Below the pieces are notes generated by a model. That model ran no database searches. It was not told the origin of the DNA and saw only the letters and a list, made by a program, of their open reading frames with translations. A stretch of DNA of 63,365 bases, the filler included, from Dugesia japonica (Eukaryota): the NCBI GenBank assembly GCA_001938525.1. It is 5 parts of 5 records of this genome, joined end to end, with 100 filler letters (N's around TTAATTAATTAA, not from the genome) between each part and the next. Parts side by side here need not be neighbours in the genome. Positions count along the whole stretch, not along the records: positions 1 to 17,714 come from MQRL01590167.1; 4 more parts are not named here. One strand, 5' to 3'. The position numbers were made by a program, and so were the translations under genes. This document shows positions 1-13,350 of the stretch, piece by piece; the stretch's first letter is position 1, and each line of letters begins with the position of its first letter.

Positions 1-169
1 ATGTTTGTAATCTTGATTTTCTTTAGTTTGGTTTATCAGTAATACGTATTGACTTTAGTCTAAATTATCGAATGTGTATGATTTCCTACGCTCTACATTT
101 TTGTATGCCTGAAAGCATTAAAAATCATGTAATCTGTAAATGCACAAGATTAAATAGTTGTTTATATAA

Positions 170-433
<264 letters not shown>

Positions 434-479
434 TGAATAGTTGCTTTACTATTTGGATTTTGAATTTTTCTTTTAATAG

Positions 480-756
480 AAAACCTGAAGCTGATTCTCC
501 AAGAGCTGATAAAGAAGCCTGGGTTCGTGCAAAATACGAAAAGAAAATGTTTCTTCCACCATTGCCTTATTTAGACGCCCCAATTCAGCAACAATTAATT
601 GATGCGATAACTAGACAAGACACAAGACAGGTCATTTTATGTCTGGCACTCGCAGAAGATGCTGTTAACTCTTGTTACAGTGATCAAGATCCTCGTACTG
701 CAATTCATATTGCAGCAACACTGGGAAATATCGTTTACCTGCAGCTATTATTATGG
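480..756 (+). CDS. ArfGAP+ankyrin protein, exon with ArfGAP end and first ankyrin repeat
   Basis: Follows a 47-nt intron (433-479); KPEADSPRADKEAWVRAKYEKKMFL...DPRTAIHIAATLGNIVYLQLLLW; GTAAGC donor at 757, phase 0. Confidence 0.95.
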
Positions 757-997
757 GTAAGCTTCTTTTAATAACTGGAATCTTTTAGGTTATAACGAAT
801 TAAACGTATGTATATTAATAATATTAATTTTAATTAATTAATGTTAACGTTAATTATTAAAGTTAATTAATAACGTATGCATATAAACTTTGATTTTTCC
901 TCAATGATTTTCATCTAACAAAGGCCATTACTTTATAAATATCATGACTGCCTTTTTCTATTTTAGATAAATACTAAGACATGGAGTTAGATTTAAC

Positions 998-2387
998 CAG
1001 TGGTTCCCAAACGTTTTGATTCGCGGCGCCCATAATATATCAAAATTTTTCTGCGGCGCTCCAAATCAAAATATTGGTTTATTATTATGCAAATTTTTAA
1101 TTCATGAGTTAATTCTATCATATTATTACTGCTATATTATTCAAAAATTGGTGGATCGGAATTAGTTACCGTTATTGAAAATTGTTTTTAAAAAAAGAAA
1201 AAAATTGTTTATTGAACAAAAATATATTTAAGCAAAAGCAGAACAGTATTAAATTTTTCTCGTTTGGGCAGTGANNNNNNNNNNNNNNNNNNNNNNNNNN
1301 NNNNNNNNNNNNNNNNNNNNNNNNNNNNNNNNNNNNNNNNNNNNNNNNNNNNNNNNNNNNNNNNNNNNNNNNNNNNNNNNNNNNNNNNNNNNNNNNNNNN
1401 NNNNNNNNNNNNNNNNNNNNNNNNNNNNNNNNNNNNNNNNNNNNNNNNNNNNNNNNNNNTAAGCTCTCCATTTATCAGTTATAAAATGAAACCCGAGATT
1501 TACATTTTCAAGTATCACATGCATCATTGTATTTGCGTTTCAATTTTCTATTGGGACTATAAAACATTGATTTGTTCCTCTTTCGATCACCCTACGTACC
1601 ATTGCTCATTTCTTATCCGTCCTCTGTTTTACTTGCGTTTAAAAAATAGACTCTCGTCAATTTCTACTCTCTTTCTCGACCCATCTTCATTTTTTGCCTC
1701 CAATTCTCTCACTATTTGTACACAGATAATAGCATATAGCTTCTCTCAATAAATCTGCCCATTTGCTTACAGTCTTAGGATCACGATGCATCTCATAATC
1801 AATATCACTAAATGAGTCTCTTTTTAAATACTTATAGAAAAAATTTCCTCAAATCCAAGTCTGCAATCTTCAAAAAAAAACTTCTATATCTAATGGTAAC
1901 AGAATAAGTGCAAAGTCTTCTGCATTGGCAAATATAACCATCTTTATTTCTTGGGGCTTTTACATAATTCAGATACGGATGACCTGCACAAGAATAACAT
2001 CTCTGTATTCTTGGAATGATCTGGAGTTTTGCTAAGAACTCATTAGCACCCTTATGATTCATAAACAAAGATCTCATATGTCTTTCCGTAATAGAAATAC
2101 TTAAAATATCTTCATCGGAATATATTTCATCAATTGTAATAATTTCCTTTTGAGATATTCGAACCATTTTTATTTTTTTTAAAAGTTTTTCAATAACGGT
2201 AACTAATTCCGATCCACCCAAAAATTATATATTTACAGTTTGATGTCACAACATATTGCGAACATAAGTAAATGTATTTTATTCGTCCTTTGGATTTGCT
2301 ACTTTTATAGAAGAAAATTCTCGCGGTGACCTTGTGACATAGCTACGGCTTTCCAGGGCACCGCGATGCACAATTTGAGAACTATTG
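998..2387. mobile_element. Non-autonomous hAT element (interrupted by Merlin)
   Basis: Left end CAGTGGTTCCCAAAC..TCGCGGCGCCC, right end GGGCACCGCGA..ATTTGAGAACTATTG (degenerate inverted termini); flanks GATTTAAC/CATTAAAC (6/8 TSD). Internal 2240-2310 recurs at ~39131-39205. Confidence 0.65.
1150..2218 (-). mobile_element. Merlin (IS1595/ISXO2-like) DNA transposon
   Basis: Perfect 32-bp TIRs GGTGGATCGGAATTAGTTACCGTTATTGAAAA (1150-1181, 2187-2218); perfect 8-bp TSD CAAAAATT (1142-1149, 2219-2226); disrupted transposase with zinc ribbon (CYSC..DGYICQC..IRYRSFF), VEIDES..KRK.NRGR and ITDKWRA motifs. Confidence 0.93.
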
Positions 2388-2984
2388 CATTAAACTTAAT
2401 AGCTCATTCAAATCGTTTATTTAGATTATAGATTAACTTTATTTTTAAAATCAACTGCGCATATTTAAACAAATGTCACGAAATATTTCTAATTTCTTTA
2501 ATTTTTATTAATCTATTTTTAGCATATCATAAAGATTCTTTAATTTTTCATAAGTGACGATTCTTATTATAAAAACGAAGTGTTTGATCTTTAATAAAAA
2601 TTGAGCAATCATCAGAAAGTATCCATCTCATACACACTACTATCATAACATCGGATGGATGATTATAGTATCACCTGAGAAGAAGATGTTTACAAATTTT
2701 AAATTTTCTACAAACATATTTAAGTCAATTTAAAAAGTTATGCGTTTAGCATTGATATAAGAAAGCAGATTGTTTCTCAGGAATATGTTTTCATACTGTA
2801 CAATTTTTTAAATAAATATATTTGGAAATTACTTTTCGTACTTTTAGTTAAAAAATTAAAATAACTTAATTTTTTTGATTAAGTTTTGGCGTAAATTATT
2901 TGGTAAATTTTATTTTAAAATCACATGTAAATATTAGAAAATTGGTTGTCTAAATTTAAAAATTACGTGACATACCCTGTAAAT

Positions 2985-4300
2985 GCATTGTGTAATCTTA
3001 AAATAAATTTTCAAATAAAATTTCAATTGAAGGACCTGAAAATGTCATCGATATTGTAAGTGACTTCTTTGAAAGATACAAAGAACATACAGNNNNNNNN
3101 NNNNNNNNNNNNNNNNNNNNNNNNNNNNNNNNNNNNNNNNNNNNNNNNNNNNNNNNNNNNNNNNNNNNNNNNNNNNNNNNNNNNNNNNNNNNNNNNNNNN
3201 NNNNNNNNNNNNNNNNNNNNNNNNNNNNNNNNNNNNNNNNNNNNNNNNNNNNNNNNNNNNNNNNNNNNNNNNNNNNNNNNNNNNNNATCAAACAAGAAAA
3301 TTCATCTATGGTTTAGATACATAGATGATATTTTCTTTGTAACCAATTCTCCTTTAGAGAACATTTTATAATTAGCCAATAGTATAAATGATAAGATTAA
3401 ATTCACTTTAGAGAAATCAATGGACTTTCAGATTCCTTTTCCGGACACTTTAATCCAAAAAAAACCTGAAAGATTAACTACCCAATTATATATGAAACCA
3501 TTTCACAGTGGAAATATATTACCTTGGAGTAGTAATAATCTGCCAGAAAATTGGTATAATTAAAGGTGAAAGAATTTGAGCTGAGAGACTATCTTCACAT
3601 GAAGAAATGAAATTGATTTCTCTCAAGTTGATAAAAAATAAATTTTTAAATAATGGCTATCCAAATAAAATATTTATCTTCGAATACAATAAATAATAAA
3701 ATCAAACCAAAAACAAACACTGTTATTAAATGAGAAATGTAGCCAAATCATGCAAAATATAATAAAAAATTATAAACTCAAACACATTCCAAGAATTGTA
3801 TTCAAACCGCAAACACCTTTGGGCATCCAATTACAGAAACCAAGACAAAACATTTGTTGTCCGAAATGCGTTTTTGATGGTAGAAATATATGCAATAAGA
3901 AAAATGTCACTTATAAAATAACATGCATCATTTGTAAAGAAACATATATACGTGAAACATACAGAACCATCCGAACAAGAATTAAAGAACATCTGAAACA
4001 AAAAGAAAGTGAAGTCTTCAAACATTTTCAACACAAACATAAAATTTAACCAGAGCAACATCACATAACATGGAAAACAGTAGGAACAGTCTACCTTTCC
4101 ACACTTCATTGGAAAAAATATGAAGAATTACTAATTAAAGATAATCTTAAAATCAATGTAATTTATAATAATTAAAAAAATAATTCAGTAAATTAAATTA
4201 ATTCAAAGAAATATTTCCATTATAAACATAAATCTTGAATAAATCAAAAAAGTCAATTCCTGACGAAGACTAAGTCAAAAATTTGAAATATCAAATTTTT
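2985..4300 (+). mobile_element. Penelope-like retroelement, 5'-truncated and decayed (RT + GIY-YIG)
   Basis: WFRYIDDIF RT motif near 3310; CPKC..ICNKKNVTYKITCIICKETYI.ET.RTIRTRIKEH GIY-YIG domain; frameshifts and stops. Confidence 0.9.
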
Positions 4301-5061
4301 TTTTCTTTAAATGTGCCGGAATGAAACTTAATAGTTATTTTAATATATCTGCCATAAGCTTGCTAATGCAGTAGAAGGAGTGTCAGAAGCGTTGAAAATA
4401 GGACTTTCGCCGAATAACTGCATGTGATGTGATTCTTCAGAGCTTTATATCTCATTCTAGAATGGAAAATTCAATAATCGGTTATAAATCCAGAATTACT
4501 TAATAAGATTTTCATTTGACCATTTAGTGGGAATAACATCTACCACTAATCTTTTGTCTATTCATGTATTGAGAGTACAACATATACACTCTATTCCAAA
4601 GATAAAATTCATATCAAATTTCTATAAAAGCTCATTTTTCTATTTCTTATAAGATTAAATTCTATCCTTAAAAATTCTAAATCTGTACTAATCTTTCTTG
4701 ATACAAACAATGTCGATGTACCAGTTTTCAACTACTAAGCAAAGATATATAAGGAAATCGACATTACAAACATAGATTAGATGTTGCAAACACTTAATGA
4801 TTCTATTCTAAATTAATAATTTTCCTTTTATTGACTTGAGTTACTTTTCTATTCAACAAATGTCTTAATTTTAACCAAAATTTTTATGAAAATTNNNNNN
4901 NNNNNNNNNNNNNNNNNNNNNNNNNNNNNNNNNNNNNNNNNNNNNNNNNNNNNNNNNNNNNNNNNNNNNNNNNNNNNNNNNNNNNNNNNNNNNNNNNNNN
5001 NNNNNNNNNNNNNNNNNNNNNNNNNNNNNNNNNNNNNNNNNNNNNNNNNNNNNNNNNNNNN

Positions 5062-5127
<66 letters not shown>
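5062..5127. repeat. (TAT)n microsatellite
   Basis: About 22 perfect TAT units adjoining an N run. Confidence 0.95.
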
Positions 5128-5128
<1 letters not shown>

Positions 5129-6024
5129 TCAGATTAAATGTAAATATTGTTAATAAAAAAATAATCTTTTTGACTATTGAAGTTGTAAAATTTCTCAATT
5201 TAAATGTTTGCTTGTTACCAATATTAAATTTATTGAATGGCATGTTTCTATTGGTAGTCATAGCAATAGAAATATTTATCTGTTCATATATAAATCAATA
5301 ATTACAAACGAATTCTTATTGAATGTGTTTTCACACATACGACAGTCAATGAAATTGAAATTATCCTCAAACAAATTATTAATAGAATAGCATTATTGGG
5401 CTACAATTTCTAATCAATAAATTTTTCATGTATTTGTTCCTTTTATTTAATTTTTTAAAATTAAAATTCATTCTTATAAAAACATAATCCTTTCATAGAA
5501 AAATATTATTAATACATTAATGTCCCAAATAGCCTTGAAAAATTGAAACAGGAAGTTACAATGTTATATTTTCACACCGCAGATTTTTCAAATTCGTTAT
5601 ATAAATTATAGATTTTTTCCCTTTGAATTTTTATGTTATTTTATCAGTTGTGGCATGCCAATAAAATACAAATTATTAGAAATTATTGTTAAAGTTATTC
5701 GAAACACATTGAATAGTAAATTTCTCCATGATACGATTAATTTTTGTAATTATTTTCATTCCTTTTTTGTATCCAAGAAAATATTAAATAAATGTGGTCG
5801 AATTTAGTGTTGCATTTAATTAATTAATCGAAAATTTAAAACANNNNNNNNNNNNNNNNNNNNNNNNNNNNNNNNNNNNNNNNNNNNNNNNNNTTTTTTG
5901 CGATATTTTAAATATTTTCAGTAATACATTTTCATTTTCAAAATCATTTCTTTTTTTAGGCTCACATTATTAATAATTTAATTTAATTTTAGTTAATATA
6001 GAAAATTAATACTTATCTTAATAG

Positions 6025-6537
6025 TATAATGGAAACCCAGACGTAACGGACAATGAAGGTCGTAATGCATCATTCTATGCTTATTTCTCTGGTCAAGTTG
6101 ATTGTGCTTTGTTTCTAATAAAAAATAGTTGTTCTCCCATGACTCATCCGATTCTATCTCAAAATGAAGACCACCAATCAAGTCAATCTCGTTCTCAATC
6201 ATCTTGTCTAACTATGAATCCACAACAGCAATCTTCTCATACTGGTCATTCTATTGGAGTAACTTTGCCAAGGCGTCGTAACAATGTTGAACCATTAAGG
6301 TCTATTCAGAAATCTCAGATATCAACCAATAATTCTATTGGTAACTACAATAATAACAATAATAATCACATGGTCCACGAGAACAATATAGTTCCAATGA
6401 CAGGTGCAATAAACAACAACAATTATATCGATTACGCGAGTTCTGTGTTTCATAATAATGGTGCCAACAGTATCTCCGTGCCTCGAGGTCACACTACTTT
6501 AGGAGCGGGCTATACTAGAGATAGTGGTCCAAGTTAA
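6025..6537 (+). CDS. ArfGAP+ankyrin protein, terminal exon (ankyrin end plus low-complexity S/N/Q tail)
   Basis: ATAG acceptor 6023-6024, phase 0; YNGNPDVTDNEGRNASFYAYFSGQVDCALFLIKNSC continues the ankyrin repeat exactly as in AGAP proteins (LLWYG.D...D..G..A..YA); in frame with ORF 6109-6537. Confidence 0.9.
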   Translation, partial: YNGNPDVTDNEGRNASFYAYFSGQVDCALFLIKNSCSPMTHPILSQNEDHQSSQSRSQSSCLTMNPQQQSSHTGHSIGVTLPRRRNNVEPLRSIQKSQISTNNSIGNYNNNNNNHMVHENNIVPMTGAINNNNYIDYASSVFHNNGANSISVPRGHTTLGAGYTRDSGPS

Positions 6538-6899
6538 ACTGAAATTTGTCATTGAATTTTCGGCGTCGACACTTTATGATTTTTGGTATGTATAATAAAT
6601 GATTCTTTGATTTTCTGCTGTTTTACTTTTGGAACATTCATTTGTAAATTTTATCAATTTTAAATGATTTTTAACAATTAAAATTTTCACCTAACTACTC
6701 TTTTGATTTGGAAACGTAAACATAATACAGAAAGTGAGACCTGTTCGTACTCCAGCATTTTTTTTATCAATTTTCAAATCCATATTTCTTTTCAAAAAAC
6801 TAAGCATGTTTTAAATTTGAAAATCAGTCGGGTAAAATTGGAAAAAATACTACTACAAACAAGTATCATTTTCTGTGAAGTATAGATAAGTTTTGTTTA

Positions 6900-7405
6900 A
6901 ATAAAAAAAGGAGTAACTATAAAAATATTTTACTTTGGATAAATAATTGGTATTTTTGAAAAAATACCTGAAAAAAAGAATTTATTTTATAAAACACCTA
7001 AAAATATTTACGGAATTTTTTAGAATACCTAAGAAAATATATTTACAAAAATCAATTAAAAAAATAAATATAAATTAATTGTTTATCTGCCTGGGACAAG
7101 TGCGACGATTATGTCCAATTTCGTTACAAATACTTCATTTTAAAGCTCTTGGTCTATAGGTGGGTTTTGGAATCTTTGAATTTCTTCGTTTACATTTTCC
7201 ATTTTAGGGGTAATAAAATAAATATGTAATATATGAGATGNGAATAAACAAAGATTGATATTAAATAATTTTTTCAATTGATTTTTGTTTATATATTTTC
7301 TTAAGTATTCTATAAATTCCATAAATTTTCCAAGGTATTCTATTAATTCCACAATTACTTTTAGGTATTTTATAAATTCTATAAATATTTTTGCTAAAGA
7401 ATTAT
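6900..7405. repeat. Foldback-like inverted repeat with ~30-bp subrepeats
   Basis: TAGAATACCTAAGAAAATATATTTACAAAAATCAATT (7021-) is inverted by AATTGATTTTTGTTTATATATTTTCTTAAGTATTCTA (7276-7312); arms built of GTATT(C/T)TATAAATTC units. Confidence 0.65.
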
Positions 7406-8848
7406 AAATTACTCGAAAATTCATTTATTACTAATTAAGATAATACCGTTAAAAATTTACGATATTTAAATCGATGTAAAAGAATGTGTGATTCTCGATC
7501 TTGCCTCAAGCAGGTCTTTGTATTCTATCTTGTTATCGTTGTTAGATTTCATCAAATATAAAAGGATTTGTTTATTGTAAACTCGAATCAATACCATATA
7601 AGATTTCTGTTTTAATATCAAGTCACGTCACTATTCATATTACATCGTAATTTAAGTTTTTGATTTTAATTTTATTCACTACTTGGAAGTTGCTTTAAAA
7701 ACTGATCTTTATCTATCTCAAATTATATGTCTTCCAGCTGTTACGAATAACTGCTCATCTCCACAAATGTCTCATGTTTTTCTGACAACTATTGGTCCAC
7801 ACGATAGATATCCATTAGGTTGTTCAGGTATTTTTCCAGTACCTCTTGCCATTTAATTCTTCTTTCTGAAAGAAACTTAATCTGCTTCTCTTTCATCTTT
7901 ATTAGTTTCTCTAGACCTACCGCATTTTGCATTCTTCAAAGGAAGGTGCATCTCCTGTGTGCTGAGTGTTTTCCTATCTTAGCCGATTGTTTGAATAACA
8001 CAAGCATTAATTTCCACAGCAAATTCAATACATTTAAAAGTTTTATACGTATATGTATTTTAATATTCATATAAAACAGAATGTTTACTCAAAAAAAAAA
8101 ATTAATAACAATGTGATAATCGAAAGCACTAGGTCTATACACTAGATAGCCTTTTTATGAAAAGGTTACAGACTTATCACCACAACATTATATGTCAACA
8201 AAACATGTGATATTTTATTAATTAAATATCAAAATTGTTCTATTTAATTATTTGACTCCGTTGTAGCCGGTTCTGATCTTACTCACTTCGAGTACTCTTG
8301 CAATTCCCCAACAGATGCTGTCTCGTTAAAAACGACTGCTTGATAGAATATATCTTTCAATCTGTTGCTGCAGCTACCTCGTTTACTTCTCTTTACCTTT
8401 TAGCAACGAGGCCCTGGTTTTTAATTCTCTTCCAAATAATAGTTTTCTGTTACTTTATTACATATGTATGAATTTTTTTTAATTAAAGTAGACGAATACT
8501 TAACAAAACATTAAAATTTTAAAAAGTTCTCAATCATTGCATTTAATGTTGAGATTTCGAAGAAAAACATCTGAATAAATATGCAAACATACATTAATTA
8601 TGAACATTTTATAATACACTTTTGTTTTTCTTTATGCGACATTTCCCTCCAAATATATTATAAAATAACAAAAAAATAACTTTTTTCATGTTTTTTCAAA
8701 AGCAAGAGTTTTTATGTTTTTTGAATAAAGTTAAGAAAATGAAATTTTATTTTAATTAACAAAGTGAGTTTTGTGTTTATAATAATTATTTCATATCAAT
8801 GAACGTAAATAATTATTATAAAAAATAATATATCTCTGTATTTTACCA

Positions 8849-10400
8849 TGGATAAGTGGATCAAAATAATTCCAACAAAAGAAAATGTGGCGATGACCGA
8901 GGATCTTGCAGTTTAACAACTAATGTACATTGGACGAATTATAAATCTTCCGCGAGTTTAATAACAAAAGAAACTCATACTATGTCAGCAAGAAAATACA
9001 ATGTTGAATATCTTGCTTGTGGATTCACGTACATCGACGATGAAAATGCATCTTCTTTCCATTGTTTAATTTGCTTTGAAAAATTATCAAACCAAAGCAT
9101 GAAGCTGTCACATCTAAATCGACATTTACAAACCAAACACATTGATTTTAAAGACAATCCTTTGGAATATTTTCAACGGAATCTAGAAACTTTGAGTTCA
9201 AGTAAAGCTGACAAGTAAAGGCGACAGAGGCTTCGTATAGAGTTAGTTTAAGAATTGAAAAAGTTGGTAAATCTGACACAATTGGTGAAAAGTTGATCAA
9301 CATGGCAAATTCAATATTAGGAGAAAAGGAAACTACACAATTGAAAGTTATTGTTTTTCAGACAATACAGTCTCGCGACGGATATCAAACATGGCTTTAA
9401 ATAGTAAGGAACAATTGACCGAGAAGATAAAGATTAGTAAATATTATTCTATTCAATTGAACGAAAGTACTGATATAAGCAATTTGGTCAAGCTTTTTAT
9501 TTTTATAAGATTTCAAGACGAAGGATCACTTAAGAAGGAATTTCTGTTTTGCAAAAGCTTTATAGAGTGAGCCACTTAGAATGATATTTTTGAAAAACTC
9601 AATCTATTTATGAAAAAATATAACATTGATGGAAATAAATATATTGGTATTTGCTCTTATGGAGTACATTAAGAAATAAGAAAATACAGTGACATTATCA
9701 GCCAAGTTAAAAAGATAGCTCCTGAAGCAAGGTTTCTGCATCGTAACATTTATTGTGAGATTCTTGCTGCATAGAAAATGCCAAATAATTTAATGAAAGT
9801 GCTAAATGAAGTAGTGAATGCTGTCAATTATAATTAATCCAGACGTATGTCAATTTTAAGTTATGAGATGGGAAGAGTGCATCGTCAACTTGCATACCGA
9901 AATAAGATGGTTATTCCAGGGAAATTTACTAACAATCCTGCTTGAAATACGTTCCGAAGTTAAAGTTGTTCTATCGAACAGTAATTATGAATTACACAGT
10001 CACTTTGAAAATGAATTAGAAAATATAATTTCNAATCTGCGCAGCATTTTCAAAAAGATTTATCATCAAAATTTTGGATAAGAATCCATTCAGTATAGAA
10101 GTTAACCATTTACCAGTTTCACTGATTTCACCAGAAAAAGAAGAGCTGAAACTGTCTTGTGATAGTAGTTTTTCACAACTGAAAAAAAATATTTTAGCGA
10201 ACTTCTGAATAGCAAAAAGAAACGAATACCCACTATTCGCTGAAAAGGCAATAAAATCTTATATACTATTCAGTACAACTTACTTATGCGAGTTAGGATC
10301 TTTGTCAATGTTGTATATAAAAAATTAAACTACGAAATAAGTTGACTATAGAGCCAGATTTACGGGTAAAACTAAGTCAGATTGTCTCAAATATTCAAGA
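8849..10400 (+). pseudogene. hAT Buster/Charlie-type (ZBED5/SCAND3-like) transposase, decayed
   Basis: RKYNVEYLACGF..CLICFEKLSNQSMK.SHLNRHLQTKH; ATEASY.VS; YSIQL.ESTD; HTEIRWL..G; FSTTYLCE; IEPDLRVKLS; many stops and frameshifts. Confidence 0.92.
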
Positions 10401-10613
10401 CTATACAAACACATTGTTCATATTAAAATCATGTATCAGTAAATACATACACAAAGATTTAAATATATGTAATAAAAATTTAATAAATGACAAAATTATT
10501 ATTAATGGAATTTTCTGTTTGTTATGCGTATTGTTTTAATTTTTATTAACATTCTAAGATTGAATTCGTTGATAGTACTCCTATTAAAGCGGTAAGGGAG
10601 AGTGGTACGTGAC

Positions 10614-13320
10614 TAGGGTGTCCATTACCGAAGCATTTCCTTCATAACCGGTTATTCGGTAATTGTTAATTACCGAAACCGGTAATTTTCGGTAATGAAC
10701 TTTTTTATAGTTCCTGCTAGAAAACAGAGAACTTAAATTAATCTCTTAAATTAAATAAAATTCAGTTAAATATTTTGTTAATTTATTTGTTTTTATTTAA
10801 AAAATCAAAAATTCAATGAAAAAATAATTGATACATAATAGAAACAAAATTATTTTATATTTTGAAAATGTGATCGTAAAAAGCATGAATCATCGACGCT
10901 TTTGTTGGACAGCATTGATCGGATTTTGGTGACGAGCAATCCTGCAGCGGAGAAAGCTCTTTCTGCATCGACGCTTGTTGGCCTAACTCTATTTAAATAA
11001 TTATGTACCCTGCTTAAATGCTTTCCTTTAATACCTTCACTTTCAAAATATTATACTTTCGCGCGAATTAATTTTATTAAATCCTTCTAAGGTTTTTTTG
11101 TGGTAGTTGAGATTATTGTTGTGTGTATCGTTCCAGAATTCTTTTGTGAAGCCTATCCTGCAGAGAAATGGGTTCTATTGGTTGCGGTTCAATCTCCATT
11201 TCGTCATCAGAAATCAATTCCGTATCTGAATCTGAAATTGTGCCCAACATTTCTACACTAACACTTAAACGTTCTAACAGATTAACAATTTGTTTTATTA
11301 AAGTATTTTGTGAGAGTTGGTCAAAAATTCCATAATCCTCGCTATTTAAATGCTGTACATTAGGGATATGAAGAAAGCGAAAAAGGTCAGCATATACAAA
11401 TCGCCGCTCAGAGATGCCTCTCGATAATGCATTTTTAAGATCATTACTGAATGAGAAAATTTGCTTTGAAAGTTCCTCAAACATAAATTATAAAGCTATA
11501 CCAGCCTTATATAAATCAGTGTTTGCACAGCATAAACTCTCAACTGTTATTTTTAACGGAGTTAGACCAGATATTATATTTAAGATTATTTTAAATTAAT
11601 GTCTTTTTTCACATCATTTTTGAACGCAGCTATTTAATTTATAGAATCTTTCCAACATCAAAAGTAGTCTATTCTATCTGGTGGGGCAATCTAATGTTAG
11701 CATTATTTCTCTCCCAAATCCTTCTTTAACATGTTTCTGTAGAAGGTCATCATTTTTCGTAGGTGACCGTTGAAACATTTTCACAACTTTTCTAATTTTA
11801 TCAACTATTGGTTTAATATCTAGGATTAGCAGTGGAACAATTTGGAATGTGTGATTACTAGTTGATTCTATTTGTAAATCTAATTCCAATTCCTGTTCTT
11901 CATTATCACTAATTGGAATTTCATCAAACTCGTCGTCATAAATATCTTCTTCTGGCAAATTTTCTAACTCATTTTCTCGACGGGAATACATAACCTATAT
12001 TACGGCTAACTGAATCCTGTGTACTAAAAAGATTTGATGGTTTGCGGGTATAATATTTCCTACTTTCTTCATAACGGATGCGCCATCCGTAGTAATCGCA
12101 ACTATATCAAATTAAATGGATAAATCAAATATTTTTAGTTTTGAATTGATAATTTCTACACACCTCTCGGCTGGTATAGTTCCATTTACGCTACTTAGTC
12201 CTAAATTCCATGTAGTATTGACGGAGTGAACATTGAGGTTCATATCTCTCTTATTTCGAACTGATGTTCACTCATCGAAACTTAGACAAAATTTCTGGTT
12301 ATCTTTTTTTAATAGTAAAAATTCATTTTTGAACTGTTGTCAAATTTTTGTACTATAACTATTAATGATATTTGACAGTCCGCTCTTGGATTTAGGTATA
12401 TCTGATACTAAAAATCCTCGAGCTATTAATCCTTGCCTTAAGTCAACTGACTTACAAAATTCGTTGAAAGATATACAATCAGGGGATGTGAGGCGAGATA
12501 GAACTGCCGTTAGAGAATTATCAACTTTGGTATGAAAATATTGGGATATTGTTCTTCCAGCAGTAGGTTTTCCATCATTGGGATCTTTTTTTTGGCTGGA
12601 AATATCGGTTTCTGGTACTGCACCTTTCTTTGATGAAACTATATTATGTAATGTTTTTAGGTGCGCGTGTATGCCACTAGTACTGCCACCACCACAGGTG
12701 ATTACTTTACCACATCTTGGAAGATTACATTTACCTACATGTTTATTTATTTTTCCAGGAAGAAAATAGTACCACACAGAATTTTTATCATCGGCCTTAT
12801 TGGTTTTTTCGTATTCCTGATCTTGAGTGTTCATAGCTGCTATGGGGAATATATAAATTAGAAATATTTATAAAAATATTAAATTTATCATTGATAGTTT
12901 GAAAGTGTAAAACAATCTTTACCAAATTTAATATTATATTAAATTGTTATTAAGATATTATACTAAATATTATATAAAATTGATGTTAATAAAGTAATAT
13001 TTTTTTTCACAAATAGAAATAACAAAACCAAGTCTCTTATTCAATATTCTAAAACCACTTTTTATTTCAAAGTACACTAGATCATTTTTTCACATAGATT
13101 TTCAACTTTTGAATCGTAAAAATTTCTAAATAAATATCTTTACCAAGTGATTTTGACAAAAATTTCTTAGCAAAATAATTTTTATACAGTAGATATATTT
13201 AATTATATAAATAATTTGAATATTTTATTACCGAATTTGTCGGTAATTCGGCAATTCGGTAATGATTATTGTCCGGTATTACCGGTTAACCGGTATCGGT
13301 AAAACCGGTAAAACTACCTA
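10614..13320 (-). mobile_element. Full-length hAT (Ac/ZBED1-like) transposon with decayed transposase
   Basis: Perfect 8-bp TSD TACGTGAC (10606-10613, 13321-13328); TAGG../..CCTA ends; dense TACCG/CGGTA subterminal repeats at both ends; BED finger (VWYYF..CNL..CGK..GSTSGIHAHLKTLH), TTDGASVM, LDCPTR and PTSVDAERAFSAAG motifs over ~12834-10860. Confidence 0.95.
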
Positions 13321-13328
13321 TACGTGAC

Positions 13329-13350
13329 TGAAAAAGTTTGGGAAACACTG
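13329..13350. repeat. Displaced right terminal inverted repeat of the Buster-type hAT
   Basis: AAAAAGTTTGGGAAACACTG = reverse complement of CAGTGTTTCCCAAAC, a typical Charlie/Buster terminus, directly after the TSD. Confidence 0.75.

Noticed and set aside
1172-1752. ORFs spanning N runs (also 2998-3371, 4886-5137, 24257-24674, 59186-59516)
   Set aside because: Open only because N codons contain no stops.
2575-2625. CTGATGA on minus strand as a possible hammerhead
   Set aside because: No stem II followed by GAAA.
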